Positions 24,497-35,979 of a DNA stretch of 35,979 nucleotides are shown here, in pieces (positions within the stretch are counted from its first letter, which is position 1; the number at the start of each line of letters is the position of its first letter). A program made the position numbers and the translations under genes. The notes beneath the pieces were generated by a model. It saw only the letters and a program-made list of their open reading frames with translations. It did not search any database and had not been told where the DNA came from. The stretch is from Thiohalophilus sp. Lineage in GTDB: Bacteria > Pseudomonadota > Gammaproteobacteria > UBA6429 > Thiohalophilaceae. The stretch covers positions 1 to 35,979 of the forward strand of contig JASFNY010000001.1 of the NCBI GenBank assembly GCA_050116795.1, written 5' to 3'.

Positions 24497-24597
24497 GGCG
24501 GTTTACCTTACTTTGGCGCATGCAGCGAATTTTTTTATAGACCCCTAAAATTAAGCTAACTTTATGTTCTGCAAGGCGTTTCGTGCTTTATACAAAC

Positions 24598-24627
24598 TTG
24601 ACACAAAGTTTATGGCTAGCCTAGACT
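24598..24627 (+). promoter_or_regulatory. Sigma70-type promoter of the nuo operon
   Basis: Perfect -35 TTGACA (24598-24603), 18-nt spacer, -10 TAGACT (24622-24627), about 120 nt upstream of nuoA. Confidence 0.65.
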
Positions 24628-24746
24628 GGCTCGGCTTTGGATCGCATTGATCCGACAAGAAAAAATAATAAACAAAGTCGTTCATTGAGGCGGCTAATTA
24701 TAAATACATCCGCAGCCACTGCGGGATTCGGCGGAGGAACATGCCC

Positions 24747-25103
24747 ATGTTAGAGAACTATCTGCCGGTTCTCATTTTCATGATTGTCGGTTTGACCGTC
24801 GGCGTTGTTATGATCGTGCTGGGCTTTGTCCTGGCGCCGAGCCGTCCTGACAGTGAAAAGCTCTCTCCTTATGAATGTGGCTTCGAGGCATTCGAAGATT
24901 CACGCATGAAGTTCGATGTGCGTTATTACCTCGTGGCAATCCTTTTTATAATTTTCGATCTGGAAATTGCTTTCCTGTTTCCATGGGGTGTGGTGCTCAA
25001 AGAGATAGGTCTTTTTGGTTATACCGCCATGGCAATATTTCTGGGGATTCTGGTCATTGGCTTCATCTATGAATGGAAAAAAGGGGCCCTGGAATGGGAG
25101 TAG
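24747..25103 (+). CDS. nuoA: NADH-quinone oxidoreductase subunit A
   Basis: [41 protein letters not shown] 24747 is better spaced from GGAGG than ATG 24741. Confidence 0.97.
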   Translation: MLENYLPVLIFMIVGLTVGVVMIVLGFVLAPSRPDSEKLSPYECGFEAFEDSRMKFDVRYYLVAILFIIFDLEIAFLFPWGVVLKEIGLFGYTAMAIFLGILVIGFIYEWKKGALEWE

Positions 25104-25232
25104 CGGCAAGAGCAGGTTACTCGTTTGACACAAACGGCCGCGCGCCTCGCGCGGGGATAAGCGTTGCGAATTGCCGCATGCTCGGTTTGCGAGTTACAGG
25201 TTCAATGCAAAAGCGTACTGGAGCATCAAGTA

Positions 25233-25709
25233 ATGGGCATTGAAGGATTACTGAAAGAAGGTTACGTCACGACCACGGCTGATCGATTGATCAACTGGGC
25301 CAGGACTGGATCACTGTGGCCGATGACTTTTGGTCTGGCCTGTTGCGCCGTGGAAATGATGCATGCTGCGGCCTCGCGCTATGATATGGACCGCATGGGA
25401 CTGATTTTCCGACCCAGTCCGCGCCAGTCCGACGTGATGATCGTGGCCGGTACCCTGGTCAACAAGATGGCGCCGGCCCTGCGCAAGGTCTATGACCAGA
25501 TGGCCGAACCGCGCTGGGTTATCTCCATGGGTTCCTGTGCCAACGGCGGGGGTTATTATCATTACTCCTATTCAGTAGTGCGTGGTTGCGACCGTATTGT
25601 CCCGGTGGATATCTATGTGCCGGGTTGTCCGCCAACAGCTGAGGCATTGCTGTACGGTATCTTGCAACTGCAAAACAAAATAAAAAGAACAAACACCATA
25701 GCCCGTTAA
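25233..25709 (+). CDS. nuoB: NADH-quinone oxidoreductase subunit B
   Basis: [33 protein letters not shown] (cluster N2 ligands). Start ATG 25233 (MGIEG) follows GGAG. Confidence 0.97.
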   Translation: MGIEGLLKEGYVTTTADRLINWARTGSLWPMTFGLACCAVEMMHAAASRYDMDRMGLIFRPSPRQSDVMIVAGTLVNKMAPALRKVYDQMAEPRWVISMGSCANGGGYYHYSYSVVRGCDRIVPVDIYVPGCPPTAEALLYGILQLQNKIKRTNTIAR

Positions 25710-25719
25710 ACATTCACCT

Positions 25720-26340
25720 ATGTCTGAATATTACACACAGCTGGCCGAAAAGGTCCGGGAAAAACTTGGCGGTCAAATCCAGTCCTGCGACGTTGCCTGG
25801 GGTGAACTGACTGTGGTTGCCGACAAGCGTGACCTGCTTGAAGTAGCTACCCGCCTGCGTGATGAGACCGAGCTGGCATTTTCCGAATTGATCGATGTTT
25901 GTGGCGTGGACTATCTCGATTATGGTGGTGACGGGGCCTGGCAAGGTTCACGTTTCGCCTCTGTCTATCATTTGTTGTCAATCAAGCACAACCATCGCCT
26001 GCGGCTGAAAGTCATGCTGGATGGCGATCCCCCGGTCATTCCTTCGCTGGTGAATATCTGGGCCTCGGCCAACTGGTTCGAGCGCGAAGCTTTTGATCTG
26101 TTCGGCATAGTTTACGAAGGTCATCCTGACATGCGCCGTATTCTTACCGATTACGGTTTTATCGGCCATCCGTTCCGCAAGGATTTCCCTCTGATCGGTA
26201 ATGTCGAAATGCGTTATGACCCTGAAAAGCAGCGCGTGGTTTATCAACCGGTCAGTATCGAACCGCGGGTCAACCAGCAACGGGTCATCCGTGATGATCA
26301 TCGCTATGCCGATCGTCATCTGCAGGAAGAAGAGGAATAA
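25720..26340 (+). CDS. nuoC: NADH-quinone oxidoreductase subunit C (not fused to D)
   Basis: [34 protein letters not shown]. Confidence 0.97.
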   Translation: MSEYYTQLAEKVREKLGGQIQSCDVAWGELTVVADKRDLLEVATRLRDETELAFSELIDVCGVDYLDYGGDGAWQGSRFASVYHLLSIKHNHRLRLKVMLDGDPPVIPSLVNIWASANWFEREAFDLFGIVYEGHPDMRRILTDYGFIGHPFRKDFPLIGNVEMRYDPEKQRVVYQPVSIEPRVNQQRVIRDDHRYADRHLQEEEE

Positions 26341-26342
26341 GC

Positions 26343-27596
26343 ATGCCTGAGATTCGTAACTACACGCTGAATTTCGGGCCGCAGCATCCAGCCGCACACG
26401 GTGTATTGCGCCTGGTGCTGGAAATGGACGGCGAAGTCATCCAGCGGGCCGATCCCCATATCGGCCTGCTGCACCGTGCCACCGAAAAGCTGGCCGAAAG
26501 CAAACCGTTCAACCAGACCATTCCATATATGGATCGGCTCGATTACGTCTCCATGATGTGTAACGAGCACGGCTATGTCCTGGCGCTGGAAAAACTGCTG
26601 GGTGTTACACCGCCGGAACGTGCCCAGTATATCCGCGTCATGTTTGACGAGCTCACCCGCATACTGAACCACCTGATGTGGCTTGGAACGCATGCGCTCG
26701 ATGTCGGTGCAATGACAATGTTCCTTTACTGCTTCCGTGAGCGCGAAGACCTGATGGATATGTATGAGGCTGTTTCGGGTGCGCGTATGCACGCGGCTTA
26801 CTACCGCCCGGGTGGCGTTTATCGCGATCTGCCGGGACAGATGCCGCAATACCAGAAAAGCAAATACAAGAACGATGCCGATGTCAAACAGCTCAACGAT
26901 GCACGTAGCGGATCATTGCTCGATTTTATCGACGACTTTGTAAATCGCTTCCCGGCCCTGATTGACGAGTATGAGACCCTGCTGACCGATAATCGTATCT
27001 GGAAACAGCGTACGGTAGGGATCGGTGTAGTCACGCCGGAACGCGCGCAACAACTGGGCTTTACCGGTCCCATGCTGCGCGGTTCAGGTATCGAGTGGGA
27101 TCTGCGCAAGAAACAGCCGTACGAAGTTTACGACAGAATGGATTTTGATATTCCGGTGGGGGTTAATGGTGATTGTTATGACCGTTACCTGGTGCGGATT
27201 GAAGAGATGCGACAGTCAAACCGGATTGTGAAACAGTGTACCGAATGGCTGCGTAACAACCCGGGCCCTGTAATGCTCGATGATCACAAGCTGACTCCTC
27301 CGCGTCGTGAAGAGATGAAAGACGACATGGAAGCATTAATTCATCACTTCAAGCTGTTTACCGAAGGCTATACCCTGCCGGCAGGTGAAGTGTATACCGC
27401 AATCGAGCATCCCAAGGGCGAGTTTGGTGTTTACCTGGTGTCCGACGGTGCCAACAAGCCATACCGTTTGAAAGTTCGTGCGCCGGGGTTTGCTCACCTG
27501 GCGGCAATGGATGAAATGAGCGAAGGTCACATGTTGGCCGACGTGGTGGCGATCATTGGCACCATGGATATCGTATTCGGAGAAATCGATCGATGA
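26343..27596 (+). CDS. nuoD: NADH-quinone oxidoreductase subunit D
   Basis: [30 protein letters not shown]-terminal DIVFGEIDR. Confidence 0.98.
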   Translation: MPEIRNYTLNFGPQHPAAHGVLRLVLEMDGEVIQRADPHIGLLHRATEKLAESKPFNQTIPYMDRLDYVSMMCNEHGYVLALEKLLGVTPPERAQYIRVMFDELTRILNHLMWLGTHALDVGAMTMFLYCFREREDLMDMYEAVSGARMHAAYYRPGGVYRDLPGQMPQYQKSKYKNDADVKQLNDARSGSLLDFIDDFVNRFPALIDEYETLLTDNRIWKQRTVGIGVVTPERAQQLGFTGPMLRGSGIEWDLRKKQPYEVYDRMDFDIPVGVNGDCYDRYLVRIEEMRQSNRIVKQCTEWLRNNPGPVMLDDHKLTPPRREEMKDDMEALIHHFKLFTEGYTLPAGEVYTAIEHPKGEFGVYLVSDGANKPYRLKVRAPGFAHLAAMDEMSEGHMLADVVAIIGTMDIVFGEIDR

Positions 27597-28105
27597 TGGC
27601 GCAACATAAAAAAGGTGGCAGCAAACTGCACCTGATCAATGATGAATCACGTGCAGAAATCGATAGCTGGATTGCCAAGTACCCGTCTGAACAAAAACAG
27701 TCGGCAGTCATGGCGGCGCTGCGTATCCTGCAGGATCAGAATAAGGGTTATCTGACTGATGATTTGATCGAGGCAACTGCCGAGTACCTGGAGATGCCGC
27801 CGATCGCCGTGTATGAAGTTGCGACATTTTATTCCATGTATGAACTGGAACCGGTTGGACAACACAAGATCTGTGTCTGCACCAATATATCCTGCAAGTT
27901 ATGTGGTTCCAGTGACGTGGTTAAACATTTGAAGGAACAGCTGGGTATCGGTCTGGGTGAAACCACCGACGACGGTCGTTTTACGCTCAAGGAAGTGGAG
28001 TGTCTGGGTGCCTGTGTTGATGCGCCGATGTTCCAGATTGGTGATACCTATTACGGCAAACTGACGCCGCAACGTATCGATGAAATACTCAAAGGTCTCG
28101 ATTGA
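27593..28105 (+). CDS. nuoE: NADH-quinone oxidoreductase subunit E
   Basis: [15 protein letters not shown] and ECLGAC ([2Fe-2S] N1a ligands). Confidence 0.97.
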   Translation: MMAQHKKGGSKLHLINDESRAEIDSWIAKYPSEQKQSAVMAALRILQDQNKGYLTDDLIEATAEYLEMPPIAVYEVATFYSMYELEPVGQHKICVCTNISCKLCGSSDVVKHLKEQLGIGLGETTDDGRFTLKEVECLGACVDAPMFQIGDTYYGKLTPQRIDEILKGLD

Positions 28106-28158
28106 CAGGCGAATGATGATGGCTGGTATGACTGGTAGACGAGTGGAGGGCATTCAAC

Positions 28159-29436
28159 ATGGCAAATGAAGTTTGCTTCCGCACGCTACAATTCGACAAA
28201 CCCTGGTCGCTCGAAAGCTATCGCAGTGTCGGCGGCTACGAGGTGCTGAAGAAGATTCTTGCCGAGCAGACACCTCCGGAGCAGATTATCGAGGAACTGA
28301 AGACCTCGTCACTGCGCGGCCGTGGCGGCGCGGGCTTCCCGACCGGCCTCAAGTGGAGCTTCATGCCGCGCACAGCCCCGGGACAGAAATATATCGTATG
28401 CAACTCGGACGAGGGCGAACCGGGCACCTGCAAGGATCGCGATATTCTGCGATATAACCCGCACCAGTTGATCGAGGGCATGATCATCGCCGGTTACACC
28501 ATCGGTGCATCTGTCGGTTACAACTACATTCGTGGTGAATTCTGGGAACCCTACGAACGTATGGAAGGGGCCCTGGAAGAGGCGCGGGCCGCCGGGTTAC
28601 TGGGTAATAATATCCTTGGCAGTGGATTCGATTTCGAATTGCACAATCATCTCGGTGCCGGTGCCTACATCTGTGGTGAAGAGACGGCACTGCTTGAATC
28701 ATTGGAAGGCAAGAAGGGTCAGCCGCGTTTCAAACCGCCTTTCCCTGCCGGTTACGGCCTGTATGGCAAGCCGACCACTATTAATAATACGGAGACACTG
28801 GCCTCGGTACCGGTCATTCTGCAACACGGTGGCCAGTGGTTTCTTGAACTTGGTAAACCGAACAATGGTGGTACCAAACTGTTCAGCGTTTCCGGCCATG
28901 TGAACAATCCCGGCAACTTTGAAGTCCCGCTGGGGACGCCTTTTGTCAAACTGCTGGAGATGGCCGGTGGCATGCGCGACGGTCGCAAGCTCAAGGCGGT
29001 TATCCCGGGTGGTTCCTCGGTACCGGTATTGCCGGCGGAAATCATTATGGACACCGATATGGATTATGACTCGCTGGCCAGTGCCGGCAGCATGCTCGGT
29101 GCCGGTTCGGTCATCGTTATGGATGAGACTACCTGCATGGTCGATGCGCTGGGCCGTTTGTCGCATTTTTATTTCGAGGAATCCTGTGGCCAGTGCACAC
29201 CGTGCCGTGAAGGTACCGGCTGGTTGTCACGGGTACTGCATCGTATCGAGCACGGCCAGGGCAAACAGGAAGATCTGGATCTGCTGGATGACGTAGCACA
29301 ACGTATTGCCGGACGTACTATCTGTGCACTGGGAGATGCGGCAGCTATGCCGGTCAACAGTTTCCTCAAGCATTTTCGTGATGAATTTCAGTACCACATC
29401 GACCATGGCAAGTGTCTGGTCGGTGAACGCTCATAA
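28159..29436 (+). CDS. nuoF: NADH-quinone oxidoreductase subunit F
   Basis: [48 protein letters not shown]. Confidence 0.98.
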   Translation: MANEVCFRTLQFDKPWSLESYRSVGGYEVLKKILAEQTPPEQIIEELKTSSLRGRGGAGFPTGLKWSFMPRTAPGQKYIVCNSDEGEPGTCKDRDILRYNPHQLIEGMIIAGYTIGASVGYNYIRGEFWEPYERMEGALEEARAAGLLGNNILGSGFDFELHNHLGAGAYICGEETALLESLEGKKGQPRFKPPFPAGYGLYGKPTTINNTETLASVPVILQHGGQWFLELGKPNNGGTKLFSVSGHVNNPGNFEVPLGTPFVKLLEMAGGMRDGRKLKAVIPGGSSVPVLPAEIIMDTDMDYDSLASAGSMLGAGSVIVMDETTCMVDALGRLSHFYFEESCGQCTPCREGTGWLSRVLHRIEHGQGKQEDLDLLDDVAQRIAGRTICALGDAAAMPVNSFLKHFRDEFQYHIDHGKCLVGERS

Positions 29437-29456
29437 CGCTAACAGGCAACGGTTGA

Positions 29457-31826
29457 ATGTCAGACGTTAACATTGAAATCAACGGGATTCCCCTGCAGGT
29501 GCCTGCCGGATCGATGGTAATCGAGGCGGCGGACAATGCCGGGATTACCATTCCGCGTTTCTGTTATCACAAGAAACTGTCGGTCGCGGCCAATTGCCGC
29601 ATGTGCCTGGTGGAGGTCGAAAAGGTCGCCAAACCGTTGCCGGCCTGCGCCACTCCGGTCACCGAAGGTATGAAAGTCTTCACCAAATCGGAGCGGGCTC
29701 TCGAAGCGCAAAAGAGCGTAATGGAATTTCTTTTGATCAATCACCCTCTCGATTGCCCGATTTGTGATCAGGGCGGTGAGTGTGATCTGCAGGACATTGC
29801 CATGGGCTATGGCAAGGATGTTTCCCGTTTCTCCGAGAAGAAGCGCGTGGTGCCGAGCAAGAACATCGGCTCGCTGATTGCCACCGACATGACCCGTTGC
29901 ATTCACTGTACCCGCTGCGTGCGTTTCGGCCAGGAGGTTGGCGGCATCATGGAACTCGGTGCTACCGGTCGCGGCGAGCATACCCGTATCGGCACGTATA
30001 TGGAGCGCGCAGTTTCTTCCGAGATGTCCGGTAACGTCATCGATCTCTGCCCGGTTGGTGCCTTGACCTCCAAGCCTTATCGATATCGCGGACGGCCGTG
30101 GGAAAATCAGCAACGCGACAGCATTGCCTTGCACGACTGTGTCGGTTCCAACCTGGATATCGAGGTGCGTCGAAATACCGTGATGCGGGTTCTGCCGAAG
30201 GAAAACGAGGCAATCAACGAATGCTGGCTTTCCGATCGCGATCGTTTCAGTTACACCGGGCTGTACCACGAACAGCGTGCCAAGCATGCACTGATCAAAC
30301 AGGGCGAACAGTGGAAACAGGTCGATTGGCAAATCGCACTGAATTACGCGGTTGAGGGAATCAGGACAGTTCAGCAACGCGACGGCAATGATCAGCTTGG
30401 CGCGCTGGCTTCGCCGAGTGCCACGCTGGAAGAACTCTACCTGTTGCAAAAACTGACGCGCAGCCTGGGTAGTCACAATATCGATCACCGTTTGCGTCAG
30501 CTCGATTTCCGCGCCCAGGAACACATGCCGGTTTATCCTTCACTCGGTACCGGAATCGCCGAACTCGAGCGAATCGATGCGGGCCTGCTGATTGGCTCCT
30601 GCATTCGCAAGGACCAGCCGATCATTGCTCATCGACTGCGCAAGGCCGCGCTTAACGGTGCCAATGTCATGTCGGTTAATGCCATCGACTACGACGTCAA
30701 CTTCCCGCTGGCCGAATCCATTGTAGTGGCCCCGGCCGAGATGCCGTGGGTCCTGGCTGCTATCGCCAAGGCTCTTTTGACCCTGACGGGCGAAGCGGCT
30801 CCACAGGAACTGGCCGGTAAACTGGAAAACATCGACAGTCACGATGATCATCTGGCCATCGCCAAGCATCTGCACAGTGCCGACAAGCCCATGGTGTTGC
30901 TCGGGACCCAGGGCATGGGACAGAACGAATACACTGATCTGCAGGCACTGGGCGAGTTAATCGCCAGACTGTCCGGCGCTTGCTTCGGTCTGCTGAGCGA
31001 CGGCGCCAACGCTGCCGGTGCCTGGCTGGCCGGCGCGGTACCTCACCGGCTGCCCGGTGGTGAGGCAGTTGCAAGCCCGGGTCGGCATGCGGGTGATATG
31101 CTGACTCAGCCGCCAAAGGCCATGTTGTTGCTAAACATCGAGCCTGGTCTGGATACCGCTTATGGTGCTGCCGCAGTACGAGCGATGCAGGACAGTGACT
31201 TCGTGGTTTGCCTGAGCCCGTTCGTGGATGACGAACTCAAGGCCATTGCCGATGTGATCCTGCCGATCACGCCGTTTACCGAGATGTCCGGTACCAGTGT
31301 CAATGCCGAAGGGCAGTGGCAGAGTTTTGCCGCAGCAGTCAATCCGCTTGAAGAGGCCAAGCCGGCCTGGAAGGTCCTGCGCGTGCTGGGCAACCTGTTT
31401 GAGCTCGATGGCTTTGATCAGGTGACTTCCGAAGAAGTCGTGAATGAACTGCGCGATCAGATCGGCTCGTCGCTCGATAACACCGGACAATGGCATGCCC
31501 CCGCATTGGACAGCGATAACGCCGGTTTGCAACGTATAGGCCATTTGCCGATTTATGCTGTCGATTCACTGGTGCGTCGTGCCGGGCCTCTGCAGGACAC
31601 CTCCGATGCGATTGCCACGGCGGTGTATATGAGTGAACAGACTGCGCGCGACACCGGTGTGATCGATGCCGATAGCGTTCAGGTCAGGCAGGATGGTATC
31701 GAAGCACGTTTGCCGCTGGTTATCGACGAGGCCGTACCGGCTAATTGTGTCCTGATTCCCTACGGCGTCGCGGGCAGTGAAAAGCTGGGCCGTGCCTACG
31801 GACCGATTGAATTGCAACAGGCTTAG
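29457..31826 (+). CDS. nuoG: NADH-quinone oxidoreductase subunit G
   Basis: [43 protein letters not shown]. Confidence 0.97.
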   Translation: MSDVNIEINGIPLQVPAGSMVIEAADNAGITIPRFCYHKKLSVAANCRMCLVEVEKVAKPLPACATPVTEGMKVFTKSERALEAQKSVMEFLLINHPLDCPICDQGGECDLQDIAMGYGKDVSRFSEKKRVVPSKNIGSLIATDMTRCIHCTRCVRFGQEVGGIMELGATGRGEHTRIGTYMERAVSSEMSGNVIDLCPVGALTSKPYRYRGRPWENQQRDSIALHDCVGSNLDIEVRRNTVMRVLPKENEAINECWLSDRDRFSYTGLYHEQRAKHALIKQGEQWKQVDWQIALNYAVEGIRTVQQRDGNDQLGALASPSATLEELYLLQKLTRSLGSHNIDHRLRQLDFRAQEHMPVYPSLGTGIAELERIDAGLLIGSCIRKDQPIIAHRLRKAALNGANVMSVNAIDYDVNFPLAESIVVAPAEMPWVLAAIAKALLTLTGEAAPQELAGKLENIDSHDDHLAIAKHLHSADKPMVLLGTQGMGQNEYTDLQALGELIARLSGACFGLLSDGANAAGAWLAGAVPHRLPGGEAVASPGRHAGDMLTQPPKAMLLLNIEPGLDTAYGAAAVRAMQDSDFVVCLSPFVDDELKAIADVILPITPFTEMSGTSVNAEGQWQSFAAAVNPLEEAKPAWKVLRVLGNLFELDGFDQVTSEEVVNELRDQIGSSLDNTGQWHAPALDSDNAGLQRIGHLPIYAVDSLVRRAGPLQDTSDAIATAVYMSEQTARDTGVIDADSVQVRQDGIEARLPLVIDEAVPANCVLIPYGVAGSEKLGRAYGPIELQQA

Positions 31827-31837
31827 GGCGAAACGAG

Positions 31838-32926
31838 ATGGAATGGCTTAATTCAACCTATCAATCTGTGGCCGAGTTTATCGCCTGGTGGTTCGCCCAG
31901 CCGGCGGTACTCATTCTGTTGCAGATCATTGCCATCGTGGCACCGCTGATGCTGGCTGTAGCCTACCTGACTTTTGCCGAGCGCAAGGTCATCGGGGCCA
32001 TGCAGGTGCGCATGGGCCCGACCCGGGTCGGGCCGCGTGGCTGGTTGCAACCGATTGCTGACGCGTTGAAACTGATCTTCAAGGAGATCATTATTCCGAC
32101 CGGCGCCAACAAGGTGCTGTTCGTGATTGCACCGATTCTTTCCATCGGCCCGGCGCTGGCTGCCTGGGCGGTGATTCCGTTCAATGCCGAATACGTCCTG
32201 GCCGATATCAATGCAGGTCTGCTGTATATCCTGGCCATCACTTCGGTCGGCGTCTATGGCGTGATCATTGCCGGCTGGGCTTCAAACTCGAAATACGCAC
32301 TGCTCGGCGCCATGCGCTCGGCGGCGCAGATAGTTGCTTACGAGATCGCCATGGGCTTTGCCCTGGTCACCGTGATTATGGCTGCCGGCAGTCTGAATAT
32401 TGGCACCATCATCGAATCCCAGGCTGGCAGTCCGCTGCACTGGTTCTGGCTGCCGCTGTTGCCGATGTTTGTTATCTATTTTATTTCCGGTGTGGCCGAG
32501 ACCAACCGTGCGCCGTTCGACGTGGCCGAAGGTGAATCGGAAATCGTTGCCGGTTTCCATGTAGAGTATTCCGGCATGGTGTTCGCGGTGTTCTTCCTGG
32601 CCGAGTACGCCAATATGATCCTGATTTCGGTACTGGCCGCGATCATGTTCCTCGGTGGCTGGTTGTCGCCGTTCGAAGGCTGGATACCCGCGAGCTGGTT
32701 CGAGATTACTGGTATAGGTTGGCTGCTGGGTCACGGGATCCACTGGCTGTTACTCAAGACAGCGATCTTCTTATTCTTTTATTTATGGTTCCGCGCCACC
32801 TTCCCGCGTTATCGCTACGATCAGATCATGCGTCTGGGCTGGAAGGTCTTTATCCCGATCACCATCGTCTGGCTGATGATCGTCGGGATCATGATTCTGA
32901 CCGGTTTCGGTTGGTGGTTTGACTAG
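31838..32926 (+). CDS. nuoH: NADH-quinone oxidoreductase subunit H
   Basis: [46 protein letters not shown]. Confidence 0.98.
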   Translation: MEWLNSTYQSVAEFIAWWFAQPAVLILLQIIAIVAPLMLAVAYLTFAERKVIGAMQVRMGPTRVGPRGWLQPIADALKLIFKEIIIPTGANKVLFVIAPILSIGPALAAWAVIPFNAEYVLADINAGLLYILAITSVGVYGVIIAGWASNSKYALLGAMRSAAQIVAYEIAMGFALVTVIMAAGSLNIGTIIESQAGSPLHWFWLPLLPMFVIYFISGVAETNRAPFDVAEGESEIVAGFHVEYSGMVFAVFFLAEYANMILISVLAAIMFLGGWLSPFEGWIPASWFEITGIGWLLGHGIHWLLLKTAIFLFFYLWFRATFPRYRYDQIMRLGWKVFIPITIVWLMIVGIMILTGFGWWFD

Positions 32927-32941
32927 GAACAGGAGGCGTAG

Positions 32942-33433
32942 ATGATGAATACCGCAGTACGGTTTCTCAAGAGTCTGTTCCTGCTTGAATTGTTCAAGGG
33001 GATGCAGCTTACCGGCCGCCACCTGTTCGTGCGCAAGGTGACGCTGCAGTACCCGGAAGAACATACGCCGCTGTCGCCACGTTTTCGAGGTTTGCACGCG
33101 CTGCGCCGTTACCCGAATGGCGAGGAGCGCTGTATTGCCTGCAAGCTTTGCGAAGTGGTCTGCCCGGCACTGGCGATTACCATCGAGTCGGAACAGCGTG
33201 ATGACGGAACCCGGCGGACAACCCGTTATGACATCGATCTGACCAAGTGCATTTTCTGCGGATATTGCGAGGAATCTTGCCCGGTCGATTCGATCGTCGA
33301 GACCCATATTTTCGAATATCACGGCGAAAAGCGCGGTGATCTGTACATGACCAAAGACCGGCTGCTGGCCGTGGGTGACAAGTACGAGAAGGAAATCGCC
33401 GCGGCCCGCGCTCTGGACGCGCCATACCGTTAA
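32942..33433 (+). CDS. nuoI: NADH-quinone oxidoreductase subunit I
   Basis: Two [4Fe-4S] motifs, [12 protein letters not shown] and [12 protein letters not shown]. Confidence 0.98.
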   Translation: MMNTAVRFLKSLFLLELFKGMQLTGRHLFVRKVTLQYPEEHTPLSPRFRGLHALRRYPNGEERCIACKLCEVVCPALAITIESEQRDDGTRRTTRYDIDLTKCIFCGYCEESCPVDSIVETHIFEYHGEKRGDLYMTKDRLLAVGDKYEKEIAAARALDAPYR

Positions 33434-33464
33434 TGACGCAGTAAACGAAACAGATAACAAGAAT

Positions 33465-34067
33465 ATGATTGAAAAATTAATCTTCTATATTTTTGCCACC
33501 ATCATGGTGTTTGGCGCCACCATGGTGATCAGCGTACGTAACCCGGTCAGGGCTGCGTTATTTCTGGTATTGACCTTCTTTGCCAGTGCCGCCATCTGGA
33601 TGCTGCTGGAAGCGGAATTCCTCGCAATCACCCTGGTGCTTGTCTATGTCGGTGCGGTCATGGTGCTGTTCCTGTTCGTGGTGATGATGCTGGATATCAA
33701 TACCGCGCGACTCAAGGAAGGTTTTATCCGTTATCTGCCCATTGGCATTGGCGTGGGAATCATCCTGGTGGTCATGCTGGTTTATGTGGTGGGGCCGACC
33801 AATTTTGGTCATGGCGAGTGGACGGAAATGAAACGCCACGCTGCCGATTACAATAACACTCAAGAACTGGGCAGAGTCCTGTATACCGTGTATGTCTATC
33901 CCTTCGAAATTGCGGCGGTCATCCTTCTGGTGGCGATTGTCGCAGCGATAGCCCTGACACTGCGCAAACGTCCGGCCACCAAGTACCAGAATCCCGACAG
34001 CCAGATCTCGGTCAGGCGCGAAGATCGGGTGAGGGTGGTCAAGATGAAATCCGACGACAGGAAATAG
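33465..34067 (+). CDS. nuoJ: NADH-quinone oxidoreductase subunit J
   Basis: [29 protein letters not shown]. Start ATG 33465 (MIEKLIF) avoids overlap with nuoI. Confidence 0.95.
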   Translation: MIEKLIFYIFATIMVFGATMVISVRNPVRAALFLVLTFFASAAIWMLLEAEFLAITLVLVYVGAVMVLFLFVVMMLDINTARLKEGFIRYLPIGIGVGIILVVMLVYVVGPTNFGHGEWTEMKRHAADYNNTQELGRVLYTVYVYPFEIAAVILLVAIVAAIALTLRKRPATKYQNPDSQISVRREDRVRVVKMKSDDRK

Positions 34068-34078
34068 GCGAGGTCACG

Positions 34079-34384
34079 ATGCTAGCGTTATCCGACTTTC
34101 TGATTCTGGGTGCCGTAATGTTCGGCCTGAGTATCGCCGGGATTTTCCTTAACCGGAAGAACATCATTATCCTGCTGATGGCCATCGAGTTGATGTTACT
34201 GGCAGTCAATATGAACTTTATCGCTTTTTCCCATTTCCTGGGTGACACCGCCGGTCAGGTGTTCGTGTTTTTCATTCTCACGGTAGCGGCGGCTGAAGCG
34301 GCCATCGGGCTGGCGATTCTGGTGGTGCTGTTCCGCAACCGGCGCACCATTAATGTTACCGACCTGGACAGCATGAAAGGCTAG
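34079..34384 (+). CDS. nuoK: NADH-quinone oxidoreductase subunit K
   Basis: [27 protein letters not shown]. Confidence 0.97.
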   Translation: MLALSDFLILGAVMFGLSIAGIFLNRKNIIILLMAIELMLLAVNMNFIAFSHFLGDTAGQVFVFFILTVAAAEAAIGLAILVVLFRNRRTINVTDLDSMKG

Positions 34385-34388
34385 GCTG

Positions 34389-35979
34389 ATGAATAACATG
34401 GAAAATGTCTATCTCTGGACGGTACTCTCGCCCCTGATTGGCGCAATCATCGCCGGCCTGTTCGGTAAAAAGATCGGTCGTGCCGGCGCACACTGGGTGA
34501 CTATCCTGGGCGTCGCCGTGGCTTTTGTGCTCTCCGCGATTACCTTCAAACATCTCGTGTTCGATGGTGCACCGGCATTCAACGGTTCGGTGTATACCTG
34601 GATGGTCAGTGACGGCATTCGTTTCGAAATCGGCTTCCTTGTGGACCGGCTAACCGCACTGATGATGCTGGTGGTCACCTTTGTCTCACTCATGGTGCAT
34701 ATCTATACCGTCGGTTATATGCATGATGATCCCGGCTATCAACGTTTCTTCAGCTATATCTCGCTGTTCACTTTCTCGATGTTGATGCTGGTGATGGCGA
34801 ATAATTTCATGCAGTTGTTCTTTGGCTGGGAAGCGGTGGGTCTGGTTTCCTATCTGTTAATCGGTTTCTGGTATACCCGCGATTCGGCTATTTACGCCAA
34901 TCTCAAGGCTTTCCTGGTAAACCGGGTGGGGGACTTCGGTTTCCTGCTGGGGATTGCAGCGGTACTGATGTATTTCGGTTCTCTGGATTACGCCACCGTG
35001 TTCGGCAAAGTGGACCAGGTTAACGGCCAGACCATGACGATTTTTGGTGACCACGCCTGGTCGGTAATTACAGTCATCTGCATCCTGTTGTTTATCGGTG
35101 CCATGGGCAAATCGGCCCAGGTGCCATTACATGTCTGGCTGCCTGATTCCATGGAAGGCCCGACACCCATCTCGGCCCTGATCCATGCGGCGACCATGGT
35201 CACCGCCGGTATTTTCATGGTCGCGCGCATGTCACCGTTATTCGAGTTTTCCGAAACTGCACTCGCCGTGGTCATGATCATCGGTGCGATAACTGCCTTC
35301 TTCATGGGGCTGCTGGGTATCGTACAGAACGACATCAAGCGTGTTGTGGCTTACTCGACCCTGTCACAGTTGGGGTACATGACCGTCGCCCTGGGTGCCT
35401 CGGCCTATGCCGCAGGGATATTCCATTTGATGACCCATGCCTTCTTCAAGGCGCTGCTGTTCCTGGCCGCCGGTTCGGTCATCATCGCCATGCACCATGA
35501 GCAGGATATTCGCAAAATGGGCGGTCTCAAGAAGTACATGCCTATTACCTACTGGACTTCCCTGATCGGGTCGCTCGCTCTTATTGGTTTCCCGGGCTTT
35601 GCCGGCTTCTACTCCAAGGATGCGATTATCGTTGCCGCGGTACATGCCTCGCATATCCCGGGCTCGCAGCTGGTATACATTGCCGTGCTGCTCGGCGTGT
35701 TTATTACCGCCCTGTACAGCTTCCGCATGTTCTTCCTCGTGTTCCATGGCAAGGAACGCATGGACGATCACACCCGTGAGCATTTGCACGAATCTCCCTG
35801 GGTCGTCACCGTGCCATTGATACTCCTCGCTATCCCTTCGGTGATCGCCGGCTACGTGGCGCCATCGATATTCGGAACATACTTCGGCGACGCCATCCAG
35901 GTGTTGCCTGAACACGATACGCTGGCGAATGTCGCCGAACACCTCGAGCATGGCGTACATACATTCACGCTGCACGGGT
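34389..35979 (+). CDS. nuoL: NADH-quinone oxidoreductase subunit L, 3'-truncated by the window edge (absent from the ORF track)
   Basis: Translated by hand from ATG 34389 (or 34398): MNNMENVYLWTVLSPLIGAIIAGLFG..., with YMHDDPGYQRFFSYISLF, GWEAVGLVSYLLIGFW, GKSAQVPLHVWLPDSMEGPTPISALIHAATMV and HAFFKALLF. Confidence 0.96.
   Translation, partial: MNNMENVYLWTVLSPLIGAIIAGLFGKKIGRAGAHWVTILGVAVAFVLSAITFKHLVFDGAPAFNGSVYTWMVSDGIRFEIGFLVDRLTALMMLVVTFVSLMVHIYTVGYMHDDPGYQRFFSYISLFTFSMLMLVMANNFMQLFFGWEAVGLVSYLLIGFWYTRDSAIYANLKAFLVNRVGDFGFLLGIAAVLMYFGSLDYATVFGKVDQVNGQTMTIFGDHAWSVITVICILLFIGAMGKSAQVPLHVWLPDSMEGPTPISALIHAATMVTAGIFMVARMSPLFEFSETALAVVMIIGAITAFFMGLLGIVQNDIKRVVAYSTLSQLGYMTVALGASAYAAGIFHLMTHAFFKALLFLAAGSVIIAMHHEQDIRKMGGLKKYMPITYWTSLIGSLALIGFPGFAGFYSKDAIIVAAVHASHIPGSQLVYIAVLLGVFITALYSFRMFFLVFHGKERMDDHTREHLHESPWVVTVPLILLAIPSVIAGYVAPSIFGTYFGDAIQVLPEHDTLANVAEHLEHGVHTFTLHG

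Noticed and set aside
28113-28169. 18-aa [21 protein letters not shown] between nuoE and nuoF
   Set aside because: Weak RBS, overlaps the nuoF RBS and start, and has no other support.
29460-30524. 354-aa minus-strand ORF, and other long antisense ORFs (23349-24092, 21366-22067, 10576-11277, 32783-33460, 35364-35975)
   Set aside because: All lie opposite well-supported genes and have no recognisable motifs; they are typical shadow ORFs of GC3-biased coding sequence.
1-35979. CRISPR arrays, intact tRNA/rRNA genes, transposases, integrases
   Set aside because: None seen; intergenic spaces are short and contain no regular repeat-spacer pattern or complete cloverleaf.

Overview
Bacterial window, most likely a gammaproteobacterium (inferred from the nuo operon style and gene content). 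Every credible gene is on the + strand, in three blocks. (1) 1-7810: an eight-gene trans-envelope cluster with a 5'-truncated helical protein, a 1042-aa TPR protein, a TPR lipoprotein, a small exported protein, a MotA/TolQ/ExbB-family channel, two ExbD/TolR-family proteins and a TonB-like protein. This matches the core of the Myxococcus Glt/Agl gliding machinery (gltD-G, aglRQS), whose role in gammaproteobacteria is, to my knowledge, unknown. (2) 7984-24308: a 3725-aa Sec-exported, acidic protein with about 16 DUF11/isopeptide-type Ig-like repeats, overlapping the start of a 1716-aa protein with three OmpA-like domains and a very large predicted outer-membrane beta-barrel. A structured leader with a small uORF and mutually exclusive hairpins precedes it. 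(3) 24741-35979: the complex I operon nuoA-nuoL (nuoL runs off the end) with a clear sigma70-type promoter. The best candidate for an undescribed system is blocks 1+2 together: an ion-driven Glt/Agl-like motor beside a giant adhesin and a dedicated wall-anchored barrel. All family calls are by-eye motif recognition; no searches were run.
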